Assembly: GCA_004022145.1 (NCBI GenBank)
Contig: RCNU01000006.1
Source: Paecilomyces variotii
Taxonomy: Eukaryota
DNA length: 64,000 bases
Reading direction: 5' to 3' (one strand)
A model generated the notes under the pieces. That model worked only from the letters and a program-made list of their open reading frames with translations. It made no database searches and was not told where the DNA came from. The translations under genes were made by a program, and so were the position numbers. The first letter of the stretch is position 1. The number at the start of each line of letters is the position of its first letter. This document shows, piece by piece, positions 38,846 through 51,451 of this stretch.

Positions 38846-40588
38846 TTTTATATAACACGCTTAGTAGGCTAAGTAGCAGCGCTACATAAGGTAAAGAACA
38901 CTATTACTAGGACTACTACTCTATATAGAGTGTATAAGCATACAGCTACCATTTTCTATGCTGCAAAACAAGAGGTCGAAATAAGTATATAAAATATAAT
39001 TCCAGACTCTAATTACCACGTTGCGATTCCTATCCTTACATGTCTAGAAGGCTTTATATCGCATTCTTGGTCTATGCAGTGTTATCTGATCTAATCCTTC
39101 CTGGGTTTCTATCGTGGCTAGAGGTTCTACTCGAGAGCTGAGCTGGTTTCTTATAGTTGAGGTGTTTATTGAGCGCAGTAAGTAGATTTACTACTTTTGT
39201 CTCTGGACAAGTAGGAATGCTTTATACGCAGAGCTAGAAGTGTTTTCTCTTCTCTGGTTTGTACGTTGCGTAGTATCTAATTTGAGATACGGTCCGGAGG
39301 TTAAGAATGAAGAGAGCTTTACACGTGAGCTGTAAGGAGGTCATGGTGATCAAATGTATTTCTATAAGGAGATACACTTACTGAGTCTTCTGAGATGATT
39401 TCTTGGATAATCAGTGCTTTCGTGTCTGTTGGATAGGACACACGCGTTTTAAGGCTTATAGTCACGAGCAGTCCAGGGAAGTGTCCCATGCTATCCTTAT
39501 AATGTCCGTGTCTTCAAATTTCAACTCAATATGCTCTTGGGATATAGGCACGATAGACATTCCTTACGGTCTAGATTGGATATATAGCAAGCAGAGTACA
39601 CTCCAGGAGTTGATATAGGAATGCGCTCTGGTACTTGCTTCTGGTGGCATATGCGGAATTCAAGTTTCCATATCGGTACATGCAGGTTAGGGGGTTTCTT
39701 CAATTGAGGTCGTGCTTTCTCGCATCTGTGCAGTTTTATCAATTATTCTATGCTGTGGCAAATGGCTGATATGGAAGGTTGTGTTCATATCAAACCTAAA
39801 CCCTCAATACGCTGTATTGGCTGGACTATTATGTGTCTTATTTATTGCCGTTTGATGAATAGAAAAATTGCCAATTGTGTTCTGTAGACCTTACTAATAG
39901 ATAGGGGCTCTCTCCGCTCAATATATCTATTGTGTTAGTTACTGGGCCGACCCATGAGGAACACATCTGAATATAGGGGGCTGGCGCACAAACTCACCCT
40001 GCTCTACTGCATAATTATCTCAGCTAAGACATTGTCCTGTTCTACTTGCATTACTGAATAGAAACTAGGTCTATTCATGGCTGTTCATACAATGCCAGCT
40101 CTATGAGCAGGTCTAGCATCTTAAACAGAGGGTATAAAAGGCCTTTTGCACCTTCACTTCTTCTCTTTGGACTGCAACTTCTTCATATCTCTTCTCTGTC
40201 TCCAAACTTCGTCCTTCAGCAACAACATTTCTTTACTTGAGCTTCAGCTGGTCTGAAGCTTGTAGTGAAGGCTTGCGGCAACGTCTGTCTAGTTCCTGCT
40301 GGCAAACATTGTCTTGGAGATCTTGCTCTTCATAACCATCTTCATAACCTTCCTCTGCCACATCTTCCTCTTCAAAATCTTCTGCAACTTCTTCCAGCTG
40401 GCCTGGACACGTTACAGACGCCACCATCCCGCAGATCTCTGTCTTGCAAACACAACTTCACCATTCTTCTTGACCGAACCCCTTGGAACTCTGCATTGAG
40501 ATACCTTCTCGATTCTGCATTCAACTCCTTCTGCAAACTCTGTCCAACACTTCAACACCTCAGAATACTCACTCTTCAACTCGTCAAG

Positions 40589-42232
40589 ATGCCTGCGAAA
40601 CGTGACAACACTCTCTTCCGTCCTCCCGCGGAAACTCATGGCTTGTTTTCAGAAGAAGAGTCTAGCGGTCAAGAAGACACTCAGACTTCATATCCTGCTA
40701 CTGCTCGCGCGGAATCACTGGATCCGACTGCCACTGGTAAATCAACTGGAGGAAACCAGAATCCTGCGGCTTCAACTGCTGCCGAAGAAGAGGAGCACGA
40801 TGACTTCTTTTCTGAATACGTCCACAAAAAACCGCCGAAGGAGGCACAGACCTCATCAGCATCGCAAAAGCCACAGAAGAAAGCTGCTTCGTCAGTTCCG
40901 CCTCGCAGATCGGCACGTCAGCAAACTCCTGTCCAGTCTCAACCGACCTCATCCACCGGCTTGCGTCGTTCTACTCGTGCTACTAGCCAGCCAGCGAGTG
41001 AACCTTCTTCCGTTCCTGTCCCTTCATACTCCGAACTCCATGCTCCACAGACTGTCAGCAAGAAACGCAAGGCAGCAGCAGCACCAAAGACCACCAGCAA
41101 GAGCGCCCCGAAAGCGAAGAAACCTCGTGTTCAGCCGAAAAAAGGACGCAGGGCTGTCACACCAGCAGTCTCAGAGAAAGACGCAGAGGATTTCGATGAT
41201 GATCTTGCGGACGATACCGAACAAGTTCATCCAACTACCGGAGGAAAATCAGTAGCTCCGCAGGCACCTGTGAAGCGTGCTCCGCTCAGAAGAGGTCGCT
41301 CAGCCACTCCTGCCATCTCAGAAAGCGCTCTAGACGACGATTCCGATGACCATTCCGATGAGACTCTGATCAACCGTGCAACCACAGGCGGCAAAGGACT
41401 TCCCATTGAAACATTAGCAACCATCCGCGAAGTTGATAGCGATCATTCCGACGTCCACTCCAACATCCACTCCAGCACGACCAGCCACTCTGACAACGCC
41501 GTCATCGACACCGTCGAATCCCTCGCGAGCCACACTGAACCACAGCCGAAGCTTGATGCAAAGACCGGAACTGAAGACACGTACTGGGTGTACGTTGTCG
41601 TCCAGGTTGACGGCCGTGCCCAGGGAATTCCGGGCCGGACCATCCTCGGAACATACGTCGACAAGAAACGGGCAACCGCCCACATGCTCAACCGGATCCA
41701 ACGCCTCCAGAAAGAGACTGGAGGTGACCAGTTCGAGCTGAGAAGCTCCTTCGGCCCAGAGGGCATCTACCAGCAAGTGGTCGACTCGCAGGGATACGGG
41801 GCAGTGGCGGTCTTCATTGAAAAGGAGCTGCGCGAAGGGGTCGCGCCCCAAGACCGCGTTCAACCCACCCCCAACTGGCTCCCCCGATTCGTGTACTTGA
41901 CCATCGTGGAGACGAGAAACCTCGAATCCGCGGTGGTCAAGACCCACGTCCATGAGCAGGTCTACACGACCCTCGGGCAGGCAAACCGCCATGCCATGGA
42001 CGTGTGGCGTCTCGGCCAAATGACAACGGAGGAGATTCAGACCAGGAATCTCCGGGCCGGGACCATGATCGGCGGGGACCACGAGGGGTGGGTGATGAAG
42101 CGGCTCGACGAGCTGGAGGTGGAGGAGAGGCCCTTTGCGGAGAAGTGGCAGCTGCCACTTGGGGAGGGCCCGAAGACGGAGGAGATCAGTATCCGGGTGC
42201 ACAAGCACGAAGTTGCCGGGCCCCGGAACTGA
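40589..42232 (+). CDS. Uncharacterised, probably nuclear protein (547 aa): disordered K/R- and D-rich N-terminus with histone-tail-like motifs, globular C-terminal domain
   Basis: First ATG at 40589 (MPAKRDN) after TATAAAA at 40133 and a CT-rich leader. NLS-like KKRKAA; C-terminal alpha/beta region (YWVYVVVQV...ILGTY...VYTTLGQANRHA). Confidence 0.8.
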   Translation: MPAKRDNTLFRPPAETHGLFSEEESSGQEDTQTSYPATARAESLDPTATGKSTGGNQNPAASTAAEEEEHDDFFSEYVHKKPPKEAQTSSASQKPQKKAASSVPPRRSARQQTPVQSQPTSSTGLRRSTRATSQPASEPSSVPVPSYSELHAPQTVSKKRKAAAAPKTTSKSAPKAKKPRVQPKKGRRAVTPAVSEKDAEDFDDDLADDTEQVHPTTGGKSVAPQAPVKRAPLRRGRSATPAISESALDDDSDDHSDETLINRATTGGKGLPIETLATIREVDSDHSDVHSNIHSSTTSHSDNAVIDTVESLASHTEPQPKLDAKTGTEDTYWVYVVVQVDGRAQGIPGRTILGTYVDKKRATAHMLNRIQRLQKETGGDQFELRSSFGPEGIYQQVVDSQGYGAVAVFIEKELREGVAPQDRVQPTPNWLPRFVYLTIVETRNLESAVVKTHVHEQVYTTLGQANRHAMDVWRLGQMTTEEIQTRNLRAGTMIGGDHEGWVMKRLDELEVEERPFAEKWQLPLGEGPKTEEISIRVHKHEVAGPRN

Positions 42233-43106
42233 TCTCCTCCTCGGGCCCTCCCACGGAGTGACCTGTCAAATAAAAGAGAAAAGAAACAAAAAAATTGTTT
42301 GTTTTAGGGGGTGTTGGTGTCGTCTCCGCGGGCCGGAGATGGGGGTGGTTGGCGTCTAGTTTGTATTTAATGGATGATATTGGAGCCTGGAGCTCCCAAA
42401 TGGGACCTTTTCAAAAGTATATCTTAGAACTGTAGACTTGTATTGAACATCCATCTCCATATGATCAAATGGTGTAGATGTGATATCCAGTCCCTGGGGC
42501 GATCCTGGAGTAGAAGTACAAGTGACAGTATGAAATAAGCTGGACTCAGGTAATTGGGCAACTCACCTAGATATAGTCGAAAGTATTGGCAGTTTTCCAA
42601 TGAATATGAGACTGAAGAGAATCCATGCTAGTCATATAGTGAAGGCGATGGGTTAAAGCTGGTTAGTTCGATAACTGGGGTGGAGAGGTTCAACGTGGAT
42701 TTGAATATAGGACAGCAGAACCCGAATTGACCCGCGGTGACCTCAATGAAATAGATTGCCAATTTAACTGTTTTTAAGAAACTCTTCGACTTACTTTGTC
42801 GCCATTTTCAACGCGAGATGCGATGCCCTGCGGACAGCCTTGCTTCAAACAGATGTCCAACATCAGGCCAGGCCACTTCTACAGCATGATAATGTGTCTT
42901 CTTTAATCGTCGGAGGTACAGGGTGGAGACTCGATAGACACTTCATTTGCCTGGAGCCATATGCAGAACAATCCTCGTTTCTGATTTGGCTAATACGACG
43001 GATCATCGCTGCTACGGTAGCCTGCTGTTGTTTGTGTGAGGTGGTCTGTCATATCGTCCGTTTGCAGCGGGTTCTTTGAGGTCTTAATTATAGGATAGAA
43101 CCAAAC

Positions 43107-43192
43107 CTACTAGATCACTAGGGCCTAGATTCTTTGTATACTATAGGAGATAAGTATGGGATCGACCTCGTCCTGGATCTAGAAGCAAGCAA
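43107..43192 (+). repeat. Dispersed repeat copy 1 (possible solo-LTR relic), related to 55013-55095
   Basis: Both copies share TAGAT(C/T)ACTAGG..CTAGATTCTTTGTAT..GAGATAA.TATGGGATC..CTAGA..CAAGCAA. Confidence 0.6.
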
Positions 43193-43626
43193 ACAACTTA
43201 GCTACTAACTAGGAGCTTCAAGTCGTACCGTTGCTCCTGTGCCCGGACAGGATTCCACAGAGTCCTACTTTTATTGCGAATCCTCTTCCATCCAAATTCA
43301 TTGTGACGATTTTATGTCCGAATTACATGTGGTTCTCAACAAGTGTCTAGAGATTGTGTCGGAGCCTGCCTACAGGCAGACCTCCTGTCGGGTTTCTCCC
43401 ACACCTTTCTTGCTCAACCCACAGAGATAAATAGGCTGAGCTAGTTTCTAGGGAATTCAAGCCCAGCGAGCTTCACTCAAAATATTACCGCCATATCTTG
43501 TTGATAGTTGAGAGCGCCGCCAGGTTATCCCTGCAGGCTGCCTCTTATCAACCACTGCTCACCATTAAAACATCCGGCTCGTCCATCAACAAGCATCATT
43601 ACTTGACTGGTAATACGACAGCAAAA

Positions 43627-44554
43627 ATGGCTGATTACAAAAAGTCGGTACTCTCGAATTCTGTCAATGATTTCCTCCGTTAACAATCAACATAGGATTA
43701 TTCGGTCATCTCACTTCACTTTCCTCGTCGGCCAGGAGCAGACTCCCTTGACAATACATTCTGCTATTGTACAAAACATCTCAGAGCCTTTGTATGCCCT
43801 CATCAACAATGGCTTTATGAAAGAGTCTACGAACGGGGTGGCGATTCTCGATGATGTGGAAACAGAGACGTTCATCGCGTTCTGTGAATACGCCTACACC
43901 GGCGCCTACGTGACCCCAGATAGAAAAGAATCATCCAATAATGCTTCCACGGATGACCAGGAGAATATGAAACCCACCATGGGGCCTCTACTGGACTTTA
44001 GCGCTCCTCAGCTGGATGCAGAGTCAGAAGACACTTGGGGATTTAGCCCCGCAACGAAGAAGAGCAAGTACAGGGGGAAAGGGGCATATTACGATGGGAC
44101 TAAAGCGAACTCGAAACATAAGTCTGAACCTGTCCAGGTTGATGTCGTCTACCCAGATGAGGCGCTCTGGGCACAATTTCGGTCACGGAGCTTCGGAGTC
44201 AAGTCTGCATTGCGCGCTATGGATCCAGACATCGTGTTTCATGCTAAACTATACGTCTTTGCGACGAAATATCTCGTTGAAAAATTACGCCAACAGTGTC
44301 TGAAATCACTCCATCGTGATCTCCGCCGTTTCTCCCTGAACCGTGAGAGTGCATCTCTTGTCCTTGACTTACTTGATTTCACTTACGCCAACACTGGGCG
44401 ATACGAACCCGGTGGGAAATCTCCTCTCCGGGATTTGGTTATTCACTACATTGCCTGCGAGGCACGGACACTGGGTGATAACGAGAGATTCACGGAGATT
44501 CTGGACTCTAATGCAGAGATGGGGTCTGATCTCGTTGCAAAACTGGTGAGATAG
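43627..44554 (+). CDS. BTB/POZ-domain protein; exons 43627-43643 and 43696-44554
   Basis: MADYKK|IIRSSHFTFLVG...LTIHSA...SEPLYALINNGFMKES...LDDVETETFIAFCEYAYTGAY...HAKLYVFATKYLVEKLRQQCL; 52-nt GTCGGT..TTAAC..TAG intron restores the frame. Confidence 0.85.
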
Positions 44555-44954
44555 AATAAGGGATTAGCCATTCGTCGGGTTCGGGAACTGCTATCGAGGA
44601 TCTGAAGTGTGCTTTCGTAGCATACCTATGGCGTTAATAGCTTTTTACGGTTCTATGTCACATACAATTTTAGCAATTCATTCTGAAGAGTCCTACAACT
44701 ACTCTCTCCTGCTTCTGAGGTATTAATGGAGATAAGAACTAGTTACATTTACAGCTATCACTTGGTGGCAATAACGATGTTAAAACAAAATTTTCCTGGC
44801 AGCATTAATCCCACTAAGATCCCATCTCTGCGGTGTAGTCCGATCTATCCATATTGACCAATCACCCCAGAAAACAGGACTCAGAATCTGTGCATACTCC
44901 CAATAATCCGGATACCATCCCGCATATTCCCAGTCGAGAATGCCTGTGACCCTA

Positions 44955-45075
44955 CAGGAACGGAGGTGTGCTTGGATACAAGTCTCATAGCTTCAGCCTC
45001 AGCAGGTCGCACTCCATGTCCAGATTTTATCACATAGGAGAAGTCATGCTCAAGTACCCATCTGAATGCTAATTT
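44955..45075 (-). pseudogene. Fragment of an APH/phosphotransferase-family (kinase-like) gene
   Basis: VIKSGHGVRPAEAEAMRLVSKHTSVPV matches the N-lobe of fungal APH-family proteins; no downstream HGDL catalytic segment. Confidence 0.55.
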
Positions 45076-45837
45076 GATGTATCGATTCCCGACTCGCAAA
45101 TTTTGTATTTCGAAAGGAACGCCACCAGGGAATCTGTCATACTGAGAAGGATTTTTGAAATTTTGGTGATAATCACTTGGTTTTCCGATGACACTCCCAG
45201 TTACAGAGAGTAGACGACAAAACTGGTTCACCTCGGCCGTGACGTGCAGAAGTACAGAAGCCATACTGTCTGGTTGAAAAATCCATGGATCTTTGGCGGC
45301 TATACCGCGAGGCCGATGGAGCTGAACCATGGAAACCATATATATATAATTGGGATGCCGTAAATATATATCCGGATTGGAAACATAATCCAATCCTCCT
45401 CCCTCTATATCTCGAGATCCGCCCCGCGATGACACTTTATAAATGGAACCCGATGGCTGTATTAATACATGCTTCAAGAAAACAATCCATCCATGCAGAA
45501 AGTGCTTTTTTGCGGAGGATAAATCCCGGCGATTCATCATGTGGAGAGAGTCTTGTGGACCCGCTTACTGACTTAGTGTACTTAGCAAATCCACCGCGTC
45601 TGAAGATGCGATGATGTTCCGCCGCACGGGCACAGCTCCCCGCCACGGTCAGCTTTCCAAGTACTACTGTACATGGCCACAGAAAAGCAGTGCTTTTCTT
45701 CAAATTACACTCTTTTGGGCGGTGATCCCATATATCACTGGCCGCTCTCTTTCTACGATAAGTTCCTGAAGGAGCTTCGAGCTTCGCTGGTGACCACTGC
45801 CGTCCCCCCCGCGCGGTGCGTCGCATAGACAAATCCG

Positions 45838-48726
45838 ATGGCGGAAACACAGCGCAGTGGCGCGGGTCTCTTGGACCTCGAGAAGGAACTCGTTTGCTCG
45901 GTATGTGCAAATTTGCAGAATTATATATGTCCCAGCAGCTCCTCGTGGACTCCCAGTAACCCCGCGGAATTCCTTATGCGCCCAGCTGCGATAATCACTG
46001 ATAACCTCTAGATTTGTACAGAACTATTATATCAGCCTCTCACCCTACTCGACTGCCTTCATACATTCTGCGGCTCTTGTTTGAAAGAATGGTTCTCCTG
46101 GCAAGCAGCGCGGGCGGGGTCATCTCACTCTTCGCGCTTCACCTGCCCCTCGTGTAGAGCGGCCGTTCGCGAAACACGGCCCAATGCCACAGTCACAACT
46201 CTACTGGATATGTTCCTGAAAGCAAACCCTGAACGTGTAAAGCCAACCGAGGAGAGGGAAGAAATAGCGCAGAAATACAAACCCGGCGACTCAGTGCTGC
46301 CAGCGCCAAACTCTGGCGCGGCAGCGGACTCGGACGAAGAGGATCGACGGCTGATAGAGGAAGTGAGGGAGTTAAGTCTGCATGATGTCGACGGCCGGCA
46401 ACAGGCGAGACCTTCGAGTTCCCGAGGTGGGCAGTCATCGCGCCATCGTCGTGCTGCGAGCGTTGATACCAATGAGAGAACGGACGATAGCCGGGCAAGG
46501 CGACGTCGTGAAGAGGAGCGCAGAGCACGACGTCAAGCACAGCAACATGCTGCACGCAGCGCAGTCCATGCCGGAAGCATGGCATCTGGATCGACATCAT
46601 CCAGGCAGATCGAACACCAGTCCAGCTTGCGGTCGCTGCTCAGTTCGTCTGATGTGGAAAGTATGGAGGAAGAGATATTGCGACAGATCATCGAGGACGG
46701 CTTGTTGGACGGCATAGATCTGCACGACCTGGATCAGGCGCAGGAAGAGGAACTGAGTGAGCGAATTGCGGAGGCGTATCGCAGGAGACATTTACAAAGG
46801 TCAAACTCTCGACCGCCGCGGAATACGGCTGCTGAACAGCCACGGGAATCTAGTCATCAGCGCGCTAGATCTCAGACTGTGCAAACGCAATCCACATCTA
46901 CGCCCCAGAGAGACGCTTCGCGGCATCCTCCAATATCGCGTCCACATCTTTTAGAACAGCTATCGCCACCGTCCGCCCCAGGCCATCAGAGGCGAGCCTC
47001 AGATCAAGGTGCTAGACGTCGCAGAACTTCGCCATCACCTGCAAACCCAGCCTCTTCTTCGGAAATTACACTGCGGCCTGCTGCAAGGTCTGCTACTGAT
47101 ACGACAGATCAGGAGGGGCATCTATCCTACAGTGCAAGGTCGAGAACGAGGCAGCCATCTGTCTCGTCAGCACGGCGGACCGCAGAGTCAGAAGGAAGAA
47201 TATACGATGCTTGGGTCTCAGGAGGCCGAGATAGGGGCGCATCCCAGCCGCTCATCAGTCGGTCTGCTAGTGATCCCCCAACAGAATCTCAAAGGTCTCC
47301 AGCCTTGCATTCGGGACATGGTGCATCTGAGTTGCCCGCATCGCTATGGGTAGATGGCGTGGTGAACAGCAATGCTCGTTCGAGACTACCGTCATCGCGC
47401 GCTGACGCAGCTCGCATCCCTGCCGTTCTTTATCCTGAACCATCTATTTCCTGCGATCGCTGTGGAAAGCCTAACATACAGTATGACCTTCATAAGAACT
47501 GTTCCAAATGCACGGGTGGCAAGTACAACATCTGCCTCCGCTGCTACCGCCAGGGTCGCGGCTGTCTCCACTGGTTTGGATTTGGTTCTACAGCACAGTC
47601 AACTTTTGAGCGTATGACGTCTTCCAATAGTCAATCCAGGCCTGTACAGGAGTCACCGCACGTTTTGCGCTCTCGACGATATGAACGACCAGAAGAGACA
47701 GCTGAAAGGGAGGTAAATGAAGGCCGACAGATGACCAGTGATGACCCGTCTAGGAGACTGCAAGAAGGCATGTTCTGTGATATTTGTCAATCGCTAGCGG
47801 ATGACTGCTTCTGGAAATGTGGCCAATGTAACTATGGGGACTGGGGTTTCTGCAACTCCTGCGTTAATCAAGGCAGATGTTGCACTCACCCACTTCTTCC
47901 GGTTCGTCGTCTTTCCAATGATGGCAGGGTCACTGTCTCCGGAACGCAGACAACTTTCTCCAAGAGTACCGGCATTCCTGTGAGCTCGAGTAGAATATCC
48001 ATCAACGACGAGATATACAATATCTTATCTTTCTCCACGAAATGTGACGTGTGTAGCTATCCTATTTCTCCATCGTCATCTCGATTTCATTGCCTTCAAT
48101 GCAACAGTGGTGACTATGACGTCTGCACAAACTGCTATCTCAAACTTGTCGCTTGCGGGAAGATCAGCAAAGAGAATGGCCACAATGGCTGGCGAAGATG
48201 CCTCAAAGGTCATCGAATGATCGTTGTGGGCTTCCAGGACCACGAAGACGGCCCGCATCGAGTCATTGTACGTGGGCTGGTTGGCGGTCATGCGTTGAAG
48301 GACGAACATGTCCGTAGGCGTGGATCTGAACAACACACATCCGGCTCTGTTACCTCTCCAGAACTTAGCACAGGAGATTGGAGTTGGAAAGAAGGCGCAG
48401 AAGGAAGAAAGAAAGCCTCTCGTGTGCGTGCTGCGTTGGCAAATGCCGTCAGTGGATCCGGTGAGTCTCCTGTCTCGTCTCCCACTACTCCGCATGGAGT
48501 CTCTTCTGCTCGTCGCTTCCCACCCGATGGAGGCGTTGGTCTTATCCTCTACGCTCTCTGGCCATGGTTTCCTGAGGAAGATGCACAAGATGAATTGCTC
48601 TTCCCTGGCGGAGCCGAAATCACAGAAGCAGAGAACATCAATGATGACTGGTTCTGGGGCTGCTACGCTGGTCGGACGGGTCTTTTTCCAGGCAATTATG
48701 GAAGAGTTATCAGTGAGGTTACGTGA
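45838..48726 (+). CDS. RING-HC + ZZ-type zinc fingers + C-terminal SH3 domain protein (putative E3 ligase); exons 45838-45900 and 46012-48726
   Basis: LDLEKELVCS|ICTELLYQPLTLLDCLHTFCGSCLKEW...CPSCR (C3HC4). Three CxxC..CxxC..CxxC ZZ-like clusters; SH3 motif ALWPWFPEEDAQDELLFPGGAEI...DDWFWGCYAGRTGLFPGNY. Confidence 0.92.
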
Positions 48727-49275
48727 ATCGGATGTTTTGTCGATATGTCTTCTTATTTCTCTTCGTTGCTGATACTCAATTGCTTGTACTGCTGCATATA
48801 TAGCATTTCTTGTTTGACCAGCCTAATAGCTTGTTTTGGATATGGATTGGGACCGTCGGATGATGCGCATGACTTACGAATAGATGAACGAGATGAAGCA
48901 AAGCGTGATAAATAATGTATTCATGAAGTGTATTCGTTCTTAGTCTGTTTCTGTATACAGATTTCGACTTCAAAACTCATGATGAGTTTCGTGTCTCTTT
49001 TGCAGAGAAATCATCATGCTTGTCATCTGTCAATCCCGGATCTAGGAACATCGCTAGATATCGCCAGTGTATGGAGCTTATCGATGCTAAGACTACTACA
49101 TCCATCCGATACTTTGCCATACTTTGCACTTCCGCTGCAAAGTAATGCCGCTTCCTGATTGGGCAATAATGCTGCATAGCCACCCCGCCTAAATACCCGA
49201 CGTCGTTATCGCTATTGAGCTCATCATAAGTTTTTTTCACAGAATATTGCTACATTGACATAGAAATAATTCCTC

Positions 49276-50712
49276 ATGACTAGCTTCCAAGACCTACCTC
49301 TAGAGCTCCTCGTGATCATTCTGGAATGTACCGATGATGTCTCAACTCTACTTGACTGCTGTTTAGTTTCAAGAAGACTTGGTGCCATAGCTCAGTCGGT
49401 CCTCTATCAGAGTTTCGTCAAAATCCTACCATCTTCGCCACACTGTCTCCGGTATCCACTGCCACTACTCACACGAACAATCGTCTCCTGTCCCCGCTTG
49501 AGCGCAAACGTCCGGGACCTAGATATTGACGCTTCTGTCGAACATGGTCCAGAATATAGTCCCGAAGGCGACAAGCCACGAGATTCTGTCAATACCTCGG
49601 GAACTGATACTACAAGTGGACTGCTCGGTTTATACAGTGGTGATATCAAGTTATTTATAAAAAATCTCCAGGGATTCCCGACCGTGCCCAGAGATGCGTG
49701 GATACGCTCTTTACACCTAGAACCCAGCGTTCTTACTCTGCTGCTACTTCTGCACATGCCAAATCTCAGACGCTTGGTCATCTCTGTTGATAAGCATAGT
49801 TTGAGATCGCTGAAATCTATCATTCAACTATCTCACGGCGGAGTACCTGGGCTGCCGTTTATGAGCAATCTGAGACGGCTACATCTTCGATGTCCTGGTG
49901 CCGATCAAGAGAACCAGGTCGTACTCGGGGATATTTTGTCTCTACTGTCCTTCCCTTCTCTAGAACAACTGTGGATTGATAGGTGCTCCAATGATGACGC
50001 GGATGAGTCCCTTTTGCCTCAGCTATTTAATATCCCGCCAGGGACTCTGTCTCTCTCAATGATCTCCTTTCGACAAAGCTGTGTAAACGCCGCGAGCATT
50101 CAGATGCTTATCCGGGCATGCACAACATTGAAATCTTTCCGTTATGGCATTGGAACATCCAACGGAACCCAGTTTAACCCCGAAGAGTTATATTCAGCAC
50201 TCTATGACCAAAAAAATAATTTGGAGGAAGTGCGAGTCAACCTTAGCAGCATGGAACACGACTTCGCGCCTGCATGGGAAAATCGAGGCTTTGGTTCCTT
50301 TTATGAGTTCGATAAACTCAAAATTTTGGGCGTGGATCAACCGTTTTTGAAGAGACTGCCGGATTTTCCGGGCTCGTTGCAGCACCTCCTTTTACAGTGC
50401 TGTCAGTCTCCTGTTTTTAAAACAATATCTCATGTAGCGGCTCAGTCCACACATGGCATACTGCCGCTTTTGACTGAAGTGTCACTTTTCGGTGACGTTC
50501 TTTACCCAGGGCGAATGCTGGATTTACCATCTCGAGGCGCGACTGACGTTCTTTTTGATGCATCCTGTCAAAAACTTTCAGGATTGTTTTCGCACACGGC
50601 CGTTGATCTCCAATTTGAGGGTGACTTGTTGGAAAGGACAGCTGATGATTATGACTTTGCCTTCACTTATGGCATCCCTGGCGCTTTTTGGCCGCTGATC
50701 TATCTCCTGTGA
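49276..50712 (+). CDS. F-box protein with degenerate leucine-rich repeats
   Basis: N-terminal FQDLPLELLVIIL...LLDCCLVSRRLGAIAQSVLY; repeated PNLRRL/SNLRRLHL/PSLEQLWI/LKSFRY/LKILGV motifs. Confidence 0.85.
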   Translation: MTSFQDLPLELLVIILECTDDVSTLLDCCLVSRRLGAIAQSVLYQSFVKILPSSPHCLRYPLPLLTRTIVSCPRLSANVRDLDIDASVEHGPEYSPEGDKPRDSVNTSGTDTTSGLLGLYSGDIKLFIKNLQGFPTVPRDAWIRSLHLEPSVLTLLLLLHMPNLRRLVISVDKHSLRSLKSIIQLSHGGVPGLPFMSNLRRLHLRCPGADQENQVVLGDILSLLSFPSLEQLWIDRCSNDDADESLLPQLFNIPPGTLSLSMISFRQSCVNAASIQMLIRACTTLKSFRYGIGTSNGTQFNPEELYSALYDQKNNLEEVRVNLSSMEHDFAPAWENRGFGSFYEFDKLKILGVDQPFLKRLPDFPGSLQHLLLQCCQSPVFKTISHVAAQSTHGILPLLTEVSLFGDVLYPGRMLDLPSRGATDVLFDASCQKLSGLFSHTAVDLQFEGDLLERTADDYDFAFTYGIPGAFWPLIYLL

Positions 50713-51451
50713 AATAAATGGAGTATTGCCTACTAATTATATCCAGCCGAAAACGAAAGGCTGGTCTGAACGAAATGAAAATGGGGAGAAAGCGATTACA
50801 ATTTGTAATTATTAATAGAGGATATATATTAGGTATGGATTTCGCAGAAGAGAATAATCTCAAGGCGTTTACGCGGACAGTAACTGAGACGTCCCAAAGT
50901 CTCAAAATAAAGACAGCGACGGTAAGATATAGGTTCTTACCGCATGTATTTGTGGTTAAGATGCAATTCCTGTATTATTCGACACTTATCAATGTGCTCG
51001 AGAATTTGCAGATACCCTCCATATACAACAGATTTGACTGGCATGAAAACAACAAGGCTTAAGAGTCCAAGAACGGCAAATATGATTGGTGTTTATGATG
51101 TGCTTACTCATCACATGCGCGGAACTCACTTGCGACGACGACAACACTGGATATTTCTGGCTGCTAGCGAAGCAACTAGAGACAAGTTACTATCAAGAGC
51201 TCCAATTATGTTGTGAGAGAAGAACACCCTCTGTTCCTTCTGAGATGGTTACGAGGAACCAGCCTCGACACCCAACCAAGCTTTTTTGTCCGTCTTAATC
51301 AAAGGGACTCGGCTCCATGATCCTCTTCCTGAACTGAAGGAATCATCTGCTACTTCTGACAGCTGAACCGATTCAGTTGGAAATAAAAAGGCCCATTTGT
51401 CTTGCTCCTATTGAGGGAGCAAAGCAATAAGGCCTTTCGGTACTGGCGCCC

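Noticed and set aside
40265-40588. N-terminal extensions from GTG/TTG starts in the ORF track (also 688, 13701, 23748, 60328)
   Set aside because: Eukaryotic locus: the first in-frame ATG or a spliced upstream exon explains each gene, and the extensions are CT-rich leader or intron sequence.
41414-42208. 264-aa minus-strand ORF, and similar antisense ORFs at 1149-1577, 17635-18120, 22943-23578 and 57343-57684
   Set aside because: Shadow ORFs opposite GC3-rich real genes, with no recognisable motifs.
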